Below, one piece after another: positions 52,562-64,000 of a DNA stretch of 64,000 nt; the stretch's first letter is position 1, and each line of letters starts with the position of its first letter. Source of the stretch: Lingula anatina (taxonomy: Eukaryota; Animalia; Brachiopoda). The notes beneath the pieces were generated by a model, which was not told where the DNA came from, did not search any database, and was given only the letters and a program-made list of their open reading frames with translations. A program made the translations under genes and the position numbers. The stretch is from assembly GCA_051362555.1 (NCBI GenBank), contig CM120642.1:30442001-30506000 (forward strand), read 5' to 3'.

Positions 52562-54537
52562 TTAAATACTGAAAGTTAAAGTAAATGGCAAATATACAAA
52601 AGCAATAATCAACTCGGGATAATGATTAAAAAGTGTCAGTAGTCTTAAACGAGATGTTGCAAATGCCTTTCGCCAACAAAACAGCGGCTTACTCTGGGAC
52701 GACACAACGCTTTTTTCAATTCTATTGCCGCTGATGTCGCCGTCAGACGATCTACCCAGAGCCTTGTTTCGGGCAAATGAAACTTCGTCGCAACGCTCTT
52801 TCATGTTACGCTTAAAGCTGGATACCAAGTCTTTTCTTAAGAATCTGGAAGCAGTCATTGGACTTTTAGCTATGTAGCCCGGTACCTTTCGCGCATGTCC
52901 CAAAATAAAGGAATAAAACACCGTAATCAAGTCAGCCTTTGCTTGGGCCAATTTCTCTGTCGGAAAGAGATTTTCTTTTGTGCTCTCTTCAAACTTGGCT
53001 AATAAGACCCTGGAGGTTTCTGGAATGCTCTTCCTCGTCCTCTTTCCAAAACGACTCATTTTGCTCGCACCTTCCATGTCGCAAAACACATTCAGTGTCT
53101 GGAAAATGAGATTTTCCGCAGCAGACGACCCAACGTCCGTGTCTAATCCCCATGCAATCATTCCCTGGATGTGCGGTGCAAAGACCTCCCTTGAAATGAA
53201 ACTGTCGTCCATTATTTTATTGGCCTGCCTAAGGAGGGCCGAGAGGTGTCGCTTTGCAAGATACACCTTTTCGATCATCTGCTGCTCGACGTCATTCCTG
53301 TCGTCTGAGGTTTTGAACGTTTGAAGCAAATCCAAGTACTCGGCGAGAGAATTGAGGGTGTGAGGTGCTTCACATTCGGCTTTTGCCATCAGCAACATGA
53401 AGTTACTTTCTTGGTTCGCTATTTCCGGGTCGTAATTCCATTTGAACTTCATACTTACAGGTGATCCGCTTTCGTCATAAATAGCGTTGCATGCCATGAG
53501 AGAAAAGTGGTTGCCACGATACGGAAGGCCAAAATAATCATTCACCTGTTGATAAAAAAAAAAAGAAAAAAAGATAAAGATTTTCATGAAAATTATCATG
53601 AAAAATTTAAGTATTGTCATAAGTGAGTGATTAAATAAAAGAAAATGAAAAAACAATTAGACATTTGAATCCCAAGAGGAAAATGTGCTTTTAAATAAAT
53701 AAATAAGTATGCCCTATAAATTGTGTCGTTTCTGTCGGTAAGGAGGAAAACGGATAAAGGACTTAATAAAAATTACATTCAAAGTTTTTAATAATAATAA
53801 TAATAATAATAATACGCAGGTCATGAACGTTTCATAATCTCGTCTTCATTAGCGGGCTGTTTCACCTTTTTAAAAGGGTCCCAGAGGCAGTCGGGGAACT
53901 CGAGAGTGCTTCTTTCCCGTTCCAGGCTCGTGGTCGGTACTGTACCCCAGCGATAGGCGTGTGCCAGGTAGCTCAGACAGGCCAGGTAACCCGCCAGCAG
54001 CGAGATACACTCCTTGTCAATCAGGGATGTGATGGCCATGTCAACTTTTAATAAATCAACCTGAATGTAGAAATAACTTGGATATACTTTTATGAGAGAA
54101 TATAGAAAGAAAGATATTAGGAAATACAATGGATAAAGAAGATTAGAAAATAGATAGTATACTGTCGTGTGTGTGTTTGTGTACTAAGTATTTCTTCCAA
54201 AAATTGGCAAACCGAATTACATACATGTAATTAACTTGGTGTATCAAACAACAAGAACATCCATCTACTAATAATTAGTCCGTTCCAAGTGTACGCTAAG
54301 TTTCACATATAAACAAATCAAACTCACTCTGCTAAGTTCCTCTTCCATCCATTCCCTGAACTTCTCTGAGCTGTTGAGGGTGTATAACTTCTCGGGCATT
54401 TCGAGGCAGACATCTTGATAGATTTGGCAACATGTTGGCCACTCGTTGAAAACTGGTCGTGGAGGGTAACCTCCTCCAAATTTAGCGTAAAATGTAGGCA
54501 AGTACGCAGAGTAAGCACATTTTTGCTGTTTCGCCAT
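52562..54537 (-). CDS. Atypical indoleamine 2,3-dioxygenase/PrnB-like heme protein, 462 aa, 3 coding exons
   Basis: Exons 54537-54328 (70 aa), 54060-53866 (65 aa), 53545-52562 (327 aa + stop), GT-AG, all phase 0. IDO-like motifs: LSYLAHAYRWG, LWDPFKKVNDYFGLP, GSSAAENLIFQTLNVF (cf. GGSAGQSSVFQ), and FILGHARKVPGYI with the proximal heme His (cf. LRSYHLQIVTKYI). The gene model is well supported; the family call rests on motif recognition. Confidence 0.75.
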
Positions 54538-55419
54538 TTTTTTGCTGAAATATAAACCCACTTACTGATATTACTTTATGTTGGCAGGTTTTTGTGCTAA
54601 AGGAGTGGCTTACGCCGTATACCAACATATGCATGCAGTTTTGTTCATACGTGAAAATATCATCAACCCTTTTATTTATAAGCACTCCACCTCAGTAAAT
54701 TCTGTTGATGACAGTAAATCAAAATATTTTGGCCGGAAAATTCAAATATATATCATTATGACCGATAAAACTTCATAAAGCGCGGGACAACGTATCCACA
54801 AAATGGATGCGTAATGTAACATACATGTCGTGTATGTTTGAGCGAAATCATAACCTTGTCTGTTGTACAATATAATATCCTAACGTGTGTCTATTCAAAT
54901 GTCAATTTCTTAAACAATATGACGATTTAGAGTCATGTCAGCTAGTCGTGGAAAACTGGTCGAGGGACCTCCCCCCCCCCACCACCAAAAAAAAAATATA
55001 TATATATATCGACAAAAGTCGGCAGATACGCCGGAAAAGCAAATCTATTCTGTGTCACCATTGTTTTTCACTTAAAAATATAAAGATACTGAGATTATGT
55101 TGGCAACTGTCCATGCAGAAAGAGGACATTTATGAGCATGTGCTGCTACCCAGACGAAATAATATCAGAGCAACCTTAGAAAATGCCCTTTTAAAATTCA
55201 CATAAAATTAAAACTGCCAATGAAATATTAGTCTAAAAACATAAAGACGAGGAACAATATACGTAAAAAAATTCACCGAATCTTAGTTTTGATATTTAAA
55301 ACGTTTTATGATAAATCCACATATTTGGTTTACCTGTTGGCTGTTACCTCCCTTCATGCACTCTGACAGACTTGGTCACGATTGAATTACTTGTTTAGGT
55401 GAAGGAGAACAACTATGGG

Positions 55420-55669
55420 GCTACTCCCAGACCCTATCGTACTAATTGTGGATCGATCTATCTCCAAGGGGATTCTCGCTAAATTACAATCAACTTAAAC
55501 GGCTTAGATGTCTGCCACGCCTACTGAAGCTGGGGCAATTAATTATCGTTTAACAGCTTCAGTAGGCATGCCAGACATATAAGCCGCTTAAGCTGAAAGC
55601 AATTTTGCGAGAAACCCCTTGGAGATGGATCGATCCTGTTAGATCGATGTAGGTATGGGAACCCAGTCT
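55420..55669. mobile_element. Palindromic (foldback) MITE, fuller copy
   Basis: Arms ~55450-55531 and ~55555-55637 are imperfect reverse complements (GGATCGATCTATCTCCAAGGGG...CCCCTTGGAGATGGATCGATCC). Ends in GGGAACCCAGTCT. Confidence 0.75.
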
Positions 55670-56462
55670 GATTGCCTCAGTCTTTATGATGACTTGTTAG
55701 TCCCTCTTCCGCTCCCACTAGTCCATAAGGCCTGTCTGGAAAATACCTTTAGAAATGGACATGCTATTCCATTTTTGCGAGTGTAAAATATTGGAAGTGT
55801 TATGACCTCCAAATGTCACAAAGTAAGTACTTTGGGTCTTTTAACTTTGTATTACATTCCCAATAAGCCATGATTTGATCATTTAGTCTGAAACCCTCTT
55901 TTCTATCAAAGTGGTGAGTTGGCCAGCCAATAGGAGTAGTCAAATTGACGACTACTCTCTCGTGATCTTGACCGTTAGTATTGTAGGGGAGCTAGAAGAG
56001 CGTGAGTGAGTACTGGTACAAAACCAATCCAAGTCCCTGAAAAACGCCAATGTCAAACTAGCCTCATTACCGACATGGTATGACTTTTTCCGAAAGGAGA
56101 AAGAGTTATGCTTTTTTTTAACTGACGGCTTACTAAAACTTGGCACATTTAGTGAGGTTAACGGCCTTCAAAATTTATTAATTTATACTCTTAATTTAGC
56201 AAATTCTACAAACCAAAATTACACTCGCGAAAATGGAAATGGTTTAAACGGTATTAAGGGACACCTTATAGACTAACAGGTAAACCAAATATGTGGATCT
56301 ATCATAAATGAAACTTTCTGTCTATGAGAAAAGGAACGCATGCAAATTGCATTAAGCACTATTCTCAGCGAAAATAAATCCTTGTCCGCAACAACAACCA
56401 ATACACGTCTTCAAATATCAAATGTTAATTAAAATAATTTTCCCAAAAATACTCTTGCTTAC

Positions 56463-56537
56463 TTTTGTTTCGAGTTCTTCGCTTGCGCTGTTCAGGCGTT
56501 GAATGCAAGATACTGATAAGGCCTTTTATTTTTTATA
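56463..56537 (-). promoter_or_regulatory. Candidate promoter and non-coding first exon of the IDO-like gene
   Basis: The ATG at 54537 is preceded by an acceptor (tttcag|caaaaaaATG), implying an upstream UTR exon. The minus strand here reads TATAAAA (56537), Inr-like TCAGT (56516-56512), then donor aaa|GTAAGC (56462). Confidence 0.35.
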
Positions 56538-57358
56538 CGATATCCCCCCGGATAACGATGGCGTGACCAAAACCGACTGACCGATGCAAATGACGAAACC
56601 GCCTCTGTGCATATGATAATAAAAATAATAATGACAAATGGGACTCACTACCCATAACGTGCCCTTATACAGTGAATGACCAGTCCAGATCCAAAAAAGA
56701 GAAAAATGGTGTCTTATCACGAAATCATTAAAAAAGTATTGGATATCTCGAGAACTAAAGATATATTTATTTTTCGTTTTTGAAAATAAATAAAGTTAAG
56801 CTTCAACATGAAGAGGAATGGACTATAATGTGATTCGAATAAATAGGAATTTTCTGGCAATGTACCGAGATTGGAGGAGTTTGACCGAAATGTAAGAGTA
56901 CATTTGACCTTCCGGCTCAGATTTGTCACAAAACTCTTTCTGTGAAATCGACCACGCCGTGGATTAAACGTTTCCACTCCTGCTCCTTACTTAAAATTGA
57001 AAAATACACACATATATATTCACTTTCATTGCCATTTGCCGGTGTCCTAAATTGTTAGAGCAATGCATGTATATTTCAATTGATTCCGGTGAGGTTATCG
57101 TATTTTTCATCGCGATGGGATTGTCCAAAAAAACTAATTTAATCTATATCTGGCACGCACAGGCCTAATTGGCCGGGCACGAACCAGGCCACTAAATGAC
57201 CAAAGATCTGGATCGGTTCATCTAAGATCAAGGGCATTTATAAGTGGCAGAGTATATCCCCGCCATCGCCACCAAGTGTTTCAGTACTGAAAGATTCTAT
57301 AACAGACGTTTTGTATATCATTGCAAACACTACCCTCTGATATCACAGGGGTTTCTAA

Positions 57359-57452
57359 GACTGGGTTTCCATACCTAGATAGATCTAACAGGATTGATTC
57401 ATCTCCAAGTGTTATCTCGCGAAATTGCTTTCAGCTTTAAGCGGCTTAGAGA
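57359..57452. mobile_element. Terminal fragment of the same palindromic MITE family
   Basis: AGACTGGGTTTCCATACCTAGATAGATCTAACAGGATTGATTCATCTCCAAG is an imperfect reverse complement of the 55620-55669 end. Confidence 0.7.
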
Positions 57453-59018
57453 TAATTTCTTTTTTTTATTTTACAGTGTCTGAATGAAAAATCACTTGGT
57501 ATCCAACAGTTTTAATGAAAGAGTGGAGCAACGGTTGTTTATATGTCCGAAATAAAGCTCAGGGAAGATCATCTGACGGCAAACTAGAATCGAAATGAGG
57601 AAATAAAAGTAATGGATTTTTTTGTTGGGGAACTTGAGGTCAGTTTGTGTTTATTTTTAATTTACTCTTAGTCATTTTGCAAAGAACAGTTTTTCAAGCG
57701 ACTACATCACGCAACAATGGACGAAAGGATCTGTGTACTGCCGGAATTTCTCTAAAATAAATACCATTATTCTACATAAATAATGTCCGAAGGTATGTCC
57801 ATAAAATTGGCAAAATTTCAACAATTACTGTTTTTTTAGCTGTCGATAATAAAAAGTAATTGTAATCATAAGGACAAACAAGAATTGCTCTGACATATAT
57901 TGCAAGTTAAGATACGTAAATTTCATATTTCTATTTTTATCACTTTTTATCAGTTTTTATCATTTAAAGAGTGATGAGTGCGGCGTGAACGCCCAAAACA
58001 GCTTGAACGTCCAAAACAGTGACTACTTCCTTAAAAAGGCCAACAAGGAATTATAAACATTTGTTTATTGCAAAATGATTTACCGCCCATAAATTATTTT
58101 TCGTAGCTAAGATTAAACAATGTGAATTTAGTTTGTGTAGAAAGTCATCTCAAAGTTTTCAATTTGCCAGTTGCAATTAAAATATTTCGTGATCTCCACT
58201 GCGATTCGCAAAATACATATAAATGGACATACATGTATGGCCATCAAAAAGGAATCTCAACTGGTGCTTGTTTTTAAATTACATAGCTGGCAAATGTTCA
58301 CAATATGTAGACCTAAGTTGTCTGAAATCTTGTTTAAATCTAAGGAAATACTTATCAAGCACGAGTGGGATGGGACAGGGAAACCAAGCAATTCTCACAT
58401 ATCATTGTGTTCCCACATAACTCTCCGTATGAAGTTAAAAAAGCGACAACATACTCGTGTGACAGAAGTGTTCGTACTTGCAACGTACTGTTGTTCTTAT
58501 CACGGGATATAAATGTTAAAGGTTATATATTAAAAGCTAGGACAGGATCAAACAGTAGGGCACACCCTTTGTCAAAAAAAAAATGTTGTCCTGCTTTCAA
58601 TCCCATTTGGTTTTGTTTACAAATGATGACAGCTGTCAGCCGTTTTAAAAAGTGGGTTTTTTTTATTCCAGATACAATATCTATCTTGACTTAGGGTACT
58701 GAAAATCCAAATTAACAGTGAAGATTTCCAAAAGCTAAACTGTTAAAACATCAGAATGTAGTCTTTAAACCGGGTACTGCGTTAATCTTCAGTAGGCGGT
58801 GCGGTAAGTCTCCAGTAACGTTTTCAAAATCTTTTTTCTGAGATATTGTTCCATTCTTCCCTCTACGTGCTATTAAAGAACAATTATCTCCAGGTTCTAC
58901 ATATCGAAGTCTAAATTCCGCCAGTGTTACACGTGACATGCAGTAATTATCAATGTTTCTTTCACTTTACTTTAATAACACATTTTTCATTGTGATTGAA
59001 TTCTGTGAATAAACGTCT

Positions 59019-59260
59019 GTTAAGATACTTCATGGTATATTACCACTTCATAGGATAAGAATTACTACTTCATGATAGAAGGCGACTTCATTGGTTAAAA
59101 AATAAGGACCCTTAGGAGACTTCGTAGTATATTACCACTTCATGGTACATTGTATCCAAACATGTTTCAGTTCTGGTTGGATGTGGAAATTAGGCGTAAA
59201 GGTCGATATGAAGTTTCATTCTAGACCATGATTTCCAGAGTGACACGTGTATTTGAAATG

Positions 59261-59303
<43 letters not shown>

Positions 59304-62133
59304 TGTGTGGGGGGGTAACATTACTCACTCTCATGATAGTGCGTATTTTATCTCGTTGGAGTTTAATGAAGCTGTTATTTTCAGATGTTCTCGTAGATAC
59401 CCGTGAGATTAACTTCTATAAATAATGTACTTTATTTCAAGAGCTCCTGTCCAGTGACGGAAAGCATAAAGCTAGTTTTTTGTTTTACCCATTAAGTTTT
59501 GAGATTTTTCAGATTTCAGGACGATTAAAAACTGACAATATTTGGACGTTGAATCATGGCGGGTCTAAGGCACTAGATGTATAAGACAAACGAAGTGTAT
59601 AAATAAACACATTGACTGCCTTTAAACTAGGGCATAAAACTGACCATGTGTGGTTTGATTGACGGCGCAGGTTTATAGATGTGGCTAGTACACAGTAGCA
59701 AGAATGTATGTCTTTCCACTGTAGGTAGAGAACTCTACCAGGCGGAGAGGTTTTAATTTTGCTCCACATTAGGTGTACATTAATATCTTTAACAAACCGT
59801 AAGGCTATGGGGATTGAAAAATCTGTCGTTGGGGATGTGTATGGGTCCTTCTGGGTTTTTGTGACATTGGGTGTGGCCGTCCCTGGGGAGGTTGATTTTA
59901 AATTTTACATCGTTAATCGTGCTTCTACCCTTACGCCATTACAGTTGGGAACATGAAACCTTCCGGGCTGATAAGCTTACCATTGAGGATATGCATAGGT
60001 TTCCGGGAATGTTAGTATGACATTTCAGGTGTGGCTATCCCGGGGGGTGGTTGATTCTATTTTTCACAACTTTATTTCTCCCATCTATACCCTTAAATTT
60101 TAAGGAACATGAAACGGAGATTGATGAACCAGTCATTTTAATGAATGTGCATGGGTCCTTGAGAAATGTAGAGAACAGCAGAAGCACATACAGAACTAAA
60201 TGGACTTCCAGACATATCCATAAATATAGGTCAGAGAATCCAATTAAAAACTAATTCAAGGTCCCACACACTCGATCAGGAATCCTAGCGTTTAACTGCT
60301 GTTGTGTCTTAACACAAAACAAAAATGTTTATTTCCCAAGAGCAGTAATTAACATGTGTGTTTTATGTTAAAGAACAATGGGACTTGGACCCTAGGATTC
60401 CTGAGAGTATGGGGTCTTGAATGGGTTTTAATTAACTTGACCTATATTCAAGAATACGATTGAAGGTCTGTTTAGTACTGTCTGCTGCTTTCTCTACATT
60501 TCCCCTTCCTTCCCAACTCGAAGACCGCCATCAGATTCACACATAGGATGTAGTTCTAGCTGGGTCGGTCCAACTCTGCAAGGAATCTTAAGTGCAATCT
60601 ATGGAATCAGCTTCATTGCCTGACAAACCACTAATCACTCCACCCCCTAGGGACGGCCACACCCCAAGTCACACTAATGTAGCCCACCCATGCACCAAAG
60701 ACTCATGTTCCTAATTCGAATGGTCTAGGGGGAGATGAAATAAATTACGGTAATATATATGTGTACCATCCCCAGGGACAGCCACACCCCAGGTCACAAA
60801 AAACAAAAAAAAAAAAATAAAAAAAATCTGCCTATGCACACCCCGACCTTTTAGTTTCCTCAACCTAAAGACCTATGGGTATATAGCAGAAAATACAATT
60901 TAAAGATAATAATCAACCACCCCTAGGTCACCAAAGTCACCAAAAATCCGAAGGACACGTGCACATCCCTGATGGCAGGTTTAAATATCCCCAACGTCTC
61001 ATGTTCCTCACTTTAATGGATAGAGGATACCAGTAACAACGATATAAAAAATATATACCCCCCCCCCCAAAGGACTGCAAAGTCCCACTACTAAAGGTCT
61101 ACGGGTAGATAGCAGAAATTACGATGTAAAAATTACAATCAACCATAATTACAATCAACCACAATTCTGAATAAATATCAATCTACAAGCCTGTTGATCT
61201 CGCAGATCAACTACGTTAATTAGGCTGCTAAACAACGAGTAGGCCTCCCCCCCCCCTCCCCCCCCCCCCCCCCCCCCCCCCTCCGAACGCCTTATTAACA
61301 GGTTTCCAAATGCAGACTGTGCCGCAGATAATACTTTCGGGTCAAATGAAAGCCAGCCAAGGGCACATTTCGGGGACACCATTGATCACATCATGATGGA
61401 CATTCACAGGTGTAAGACCAGAACAGAGCATCTCGGAAACCAAGGGACAGACGTAATCATTACACTTGCGCGTCTTTCCTCATGGAAAAATTAGTCTTTT
61501 CAGAGTGGGACGCGACTTGATCAAGATAATTGTAGAGCACAATTATATACAAGACCTTCTCTGCTTCTTTTTATTATCTATTTATTTATCTTTAATAATT
61601 GATTCCTATTTGTTTATTTATCCATCTTATAATCCAGTAACCTACGCGTAAATTATGTTTTCATAGCCTGGTTTACCTGATCCATTAGTTTTATGCATCA
61701 AGCGGATCTGGGAAGGGAGGGCCAAGGGGGTCTGGACCCCCTTTTCTTCAACGCTGACCATAATGTCCCATAATGTACTGATTTTTAGAAATACTGGATC
61801 CTCACCTACATACGCCTGTGTATTTTAAAATTACTCAAAACATGCATCCAATACCACTAAAGAAACCCTATTCAGTCATACAAGTGAATTAAAACGTACA
61901 GTTACCTATTTTGGATAATATTTACAGTACAAAAACATTATATTTCAAAAACGTTCTCTCTTATAGCTTTGGGCCAACAACAGGTAGGGCCTACTTTTTC
62001 ACCATTATCCCATGAAGTCGCAGGCAATATCTTATGTGGAGATGAAGTCGCAATTTATCCTATGAAGTCGATTTGACAGTAAAATCAGAGCATTTATCCC
62101 ATGAAGTGGTAATATACCATGAAGTATCTTAAC
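59019..62133. mobile_element. 3.1-kb non-autonomous DNA transposon with 8-bp TSD
   Basis: 33-bp perfect TIR GTTAAGATACTTCATGGTATATTACCACTTCAT (59019-59051 / 62101-62133). TSD AAACGTCT at 59011-59018 and 62134-62141. Subterminal ACTTCAT/ATGAAGT repeats. No transposase ORF seen. Confidence 0.9.
59750..61160. repeat. Degenerate foldback with tandem subrepeats inside the 3.1-kb element
   Basis: ~60160-60288 is an imperfect reverse complement of ~60391-60502. GGGTGTGGCCGTCCCTGGGG (59869) is inverted relative to CCCTAGGGACGGCCACACCC (60645) and CCCAGGGACAGCCACACCC (60771). AATCAACCA motifs are repeated. Confidence 0.6.
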
Positions 62134-62143
62134 AAACGTCTAT

Positions 62144-63908
62144 TTAATTTTCAGCAATGGTCTTTGCGATCCAATCAAGGTAAGCACTAACGCGTGTAAA
62201 AACGCCAGGTACTTGTCCCGGAGATCGAGCGCTGGAGAATGACGCAATGCCGACTTGAATCCATTTGTCTTGCCTTTTGCACACAAGTGGTCCACCGCTA
62301 TCCCCCTAGATAAATTAAAAAAAAAACATATATGTCGGCCAATATTTCCAAATTCAACAATTTCATCTACACGAACATTACTAAAGATTGTCACAGCTGA
62401 CAGCAATCACCTATGGTTCAGAGACATGGACGGTGAATGCATCCATTGGACCAAGCTACAAGTAACACAGAGAAAGATGGAAAGAAGTGTGTTAAACATC
62501 AGGATAAGAGATAGGATGACCATTAAATAGATAAGAGAACAGACCAAAGTGAAGAGTGTGCTTCTTACAATTAAAGAAATGAAATGGAGATGGGCAGAAT
62601 ATATCAGTAGAATCAAAGATGACAGATGGACAGTAAGACTGACAAAATGGACACCAAGATACGGACATAGGAAACAAGGGAAGCCTCGTAAGAGATGGAA
62701 GGATGAATTAGAACAGTACTGGAAAAAAACAAACTGGAAGTGTGAATCCTAAGACAGAATACACTGGAGGAAGTATCCTGAGGCCTTTGTCTAACAGTGG
62801 AACACTTTTGGCTTTAAATGAGGAAGATGATGATGATGATGATGATAAAAGATTGCCACATCAAACGTGAATGGAGTACCACCTGTGTTTCTGTTGGTAA
62901 CCTTGATCATACTCACAGGGCACAAGCCTTTGGCCGCCAAATTGTAGCCGGCACAGAGGCGGGTGTCGCGGCGAACGTTCCAAAACCGTCTACACTCCCT
63001 GTCCGACAGTTTGGGTAGAGACAGCTCCATGGCATGATCGGACACCGTGGCACCTGTAATGTACACAGGAATTCGTGTTTTATACTTGCTTGTGCCCCAA
63101 TATACATATATTATTAAAAACGATTACGAAATCTTGAGATATTGCAAAGACGTGTACATTGTGATTTCCGGTGCACCCAATTTACATGTATCAGATGTTT
63201 GTAATATAACGAAAGAACAACCATGCCTTGTCTTATAATACATTCATTTATTTCATTGAATCCACACACACTGTGGTAACCGAAATTTTGGTAAGGCGAG
63301 TGGGAGCCTTAAGGAAAGAAAAATGAAAAAAGTTGACACCTTGTAGAAGATAATTTCTCACTTTCTCACGTTATCTTACCGCTGCTGGTGCAGCCCCAAC
63401 CCTTCATCACGCATTGTTGCCCGTCTTCAGGGAAAGAGACGTCCCCTTGTCGCGCTGGGAGTTCCACAGATGTGACGAATGTGGTGGTTGGGCCGACGGG
63501 GACGCTGCGTTCCAGTTTCACCAGAGCTATGTCATTCTCCCACAATGCTAGAGAAAGAAGTGCAGGGAGAAAACGATGAGATGTACATGTAGTACCATAT
63601 AGATGTGATAAAGCATTACTTGGGCTAATCTTGAATTCATCATGGTGCAAGGGCTTGTATATCTACTCATACTTTGTGTTTGAAACGGTTCAGACAGGAA
63701 CAGGGTGCTAAACCAAATTTGAGGGCGTTAATTAGGTTTAGACGGACTGCATGTTTAGGGCCCATGTATGATTGTCTTCACACGACTCACATCTTTCGTC
63801 ATAACCTGGATGAATAATAATTTTCTCCGCATCAACATTCCATTGCTGCCACTCCTGCCTGCTGAAGACACGGCCCAACACGTGCATGAAATAGTCCGAG
63901 GCCGACGG
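62144..63908 (-). CDS. Trypsin-fold (S1A) serine protease, chymotrypsin/elastase-like, 3' exons only
   Basis: Exons 63908-63791 (KIIIHPGYD), 63547-63380 (ENDIALVKL, catalytic Asp; CVMKGWG), 63053-62917 (RLCAGY...GLCP), 62305-62144 (GDSGGPLVC...PGVFTRVSAYLDWI...TAA). Phases are consistent. The His-containing exon lies beyond the window. Confidence 0.93.
62396..62847 (+). mobile_element. 5'-truncated RTE-clade LINE fragment in the last protease intron
   Basis: KWRWAEYISRIKDDRW...WTPRYGHRKQGKPRKRWKDEL, typical of the RTE C-terminus, with stop codons. (GAT)n tail 62826-62846. Degenerate 13-bp TSD AAAGATTG(T/C)CACA at 62383-62395 and 62848-62860. Confidence 0.88.
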
Positions 63909-64000
63909 CTACAATAAACAATAGCACAGACACTTGGTTCCTATTCCATAATACCCATATTTCTTATATTTCTCTATTTTTTTATTCAGAATATCGATAA

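Noticed and set aside
52980-53324. 114-aa + strand ORF overlapping the IDO-like exon
   Set aside because: Antisense shadow ORF with no recognisable motifs or splice context.
53546-53656. Hydrophobic signal-like N-terminus of the 364-aa ORF
   Set aside because: It is the T-rich intron/polypyrimidine tract; the true exon begins at the acceptor at 53545.
58171-58694. Overlapping 109-113 aa ORFs
   Set aside because: No motifs or coherent splice structure; consistent with chance ORFs in intergenic DNA.

Overview
AT-rich, intron-containing animal genomic DNA, probably a lophotrochozoan invertebrate (inferred from gene families and repeat types; the species cannot be determined). Bases 1-51 kb are a head-to-tail tandem array of NRF-6/OACYL-like membrane O-acyltransferase genes (signal peptide + NRF domain + Acyltransferase_3 domain, 15 exons) on the + strand. 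Copy A is 5'-truncated by the window edge. B and C are a recent ~9.9 kb duplication. D and F form a second subfamily, and between them lies a 36-41 kb pseudogene mosaic containing an orphan exon 1 and an internally deleted copy E. Convergent with the array is a 3-coding-exon, 462-aa minus-strand gene with the indoleamine 2,3-dioxygenase (IDO)/PrnB-like heme fold but non-canonical active-site residues and a hydrophobic C-terminal tail. The window ends with the 3' exons of a chymotrypsin-family serine protease whose 3'UTR is interrupted by a 3.1-kb TIR element with an 8-bp TSD. Several LINE fragments and MITEs are present. Best candidate for a new system: an atypical IDO-like oxygenase next to a diversifying acyltransferase array whose members carry lysosome-type sorting motifs and CRE/M-box promoter elements. 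This may be an animal small-molecule biosynthetic locus (hypothesis only). All exon models and alignments were made by eye.
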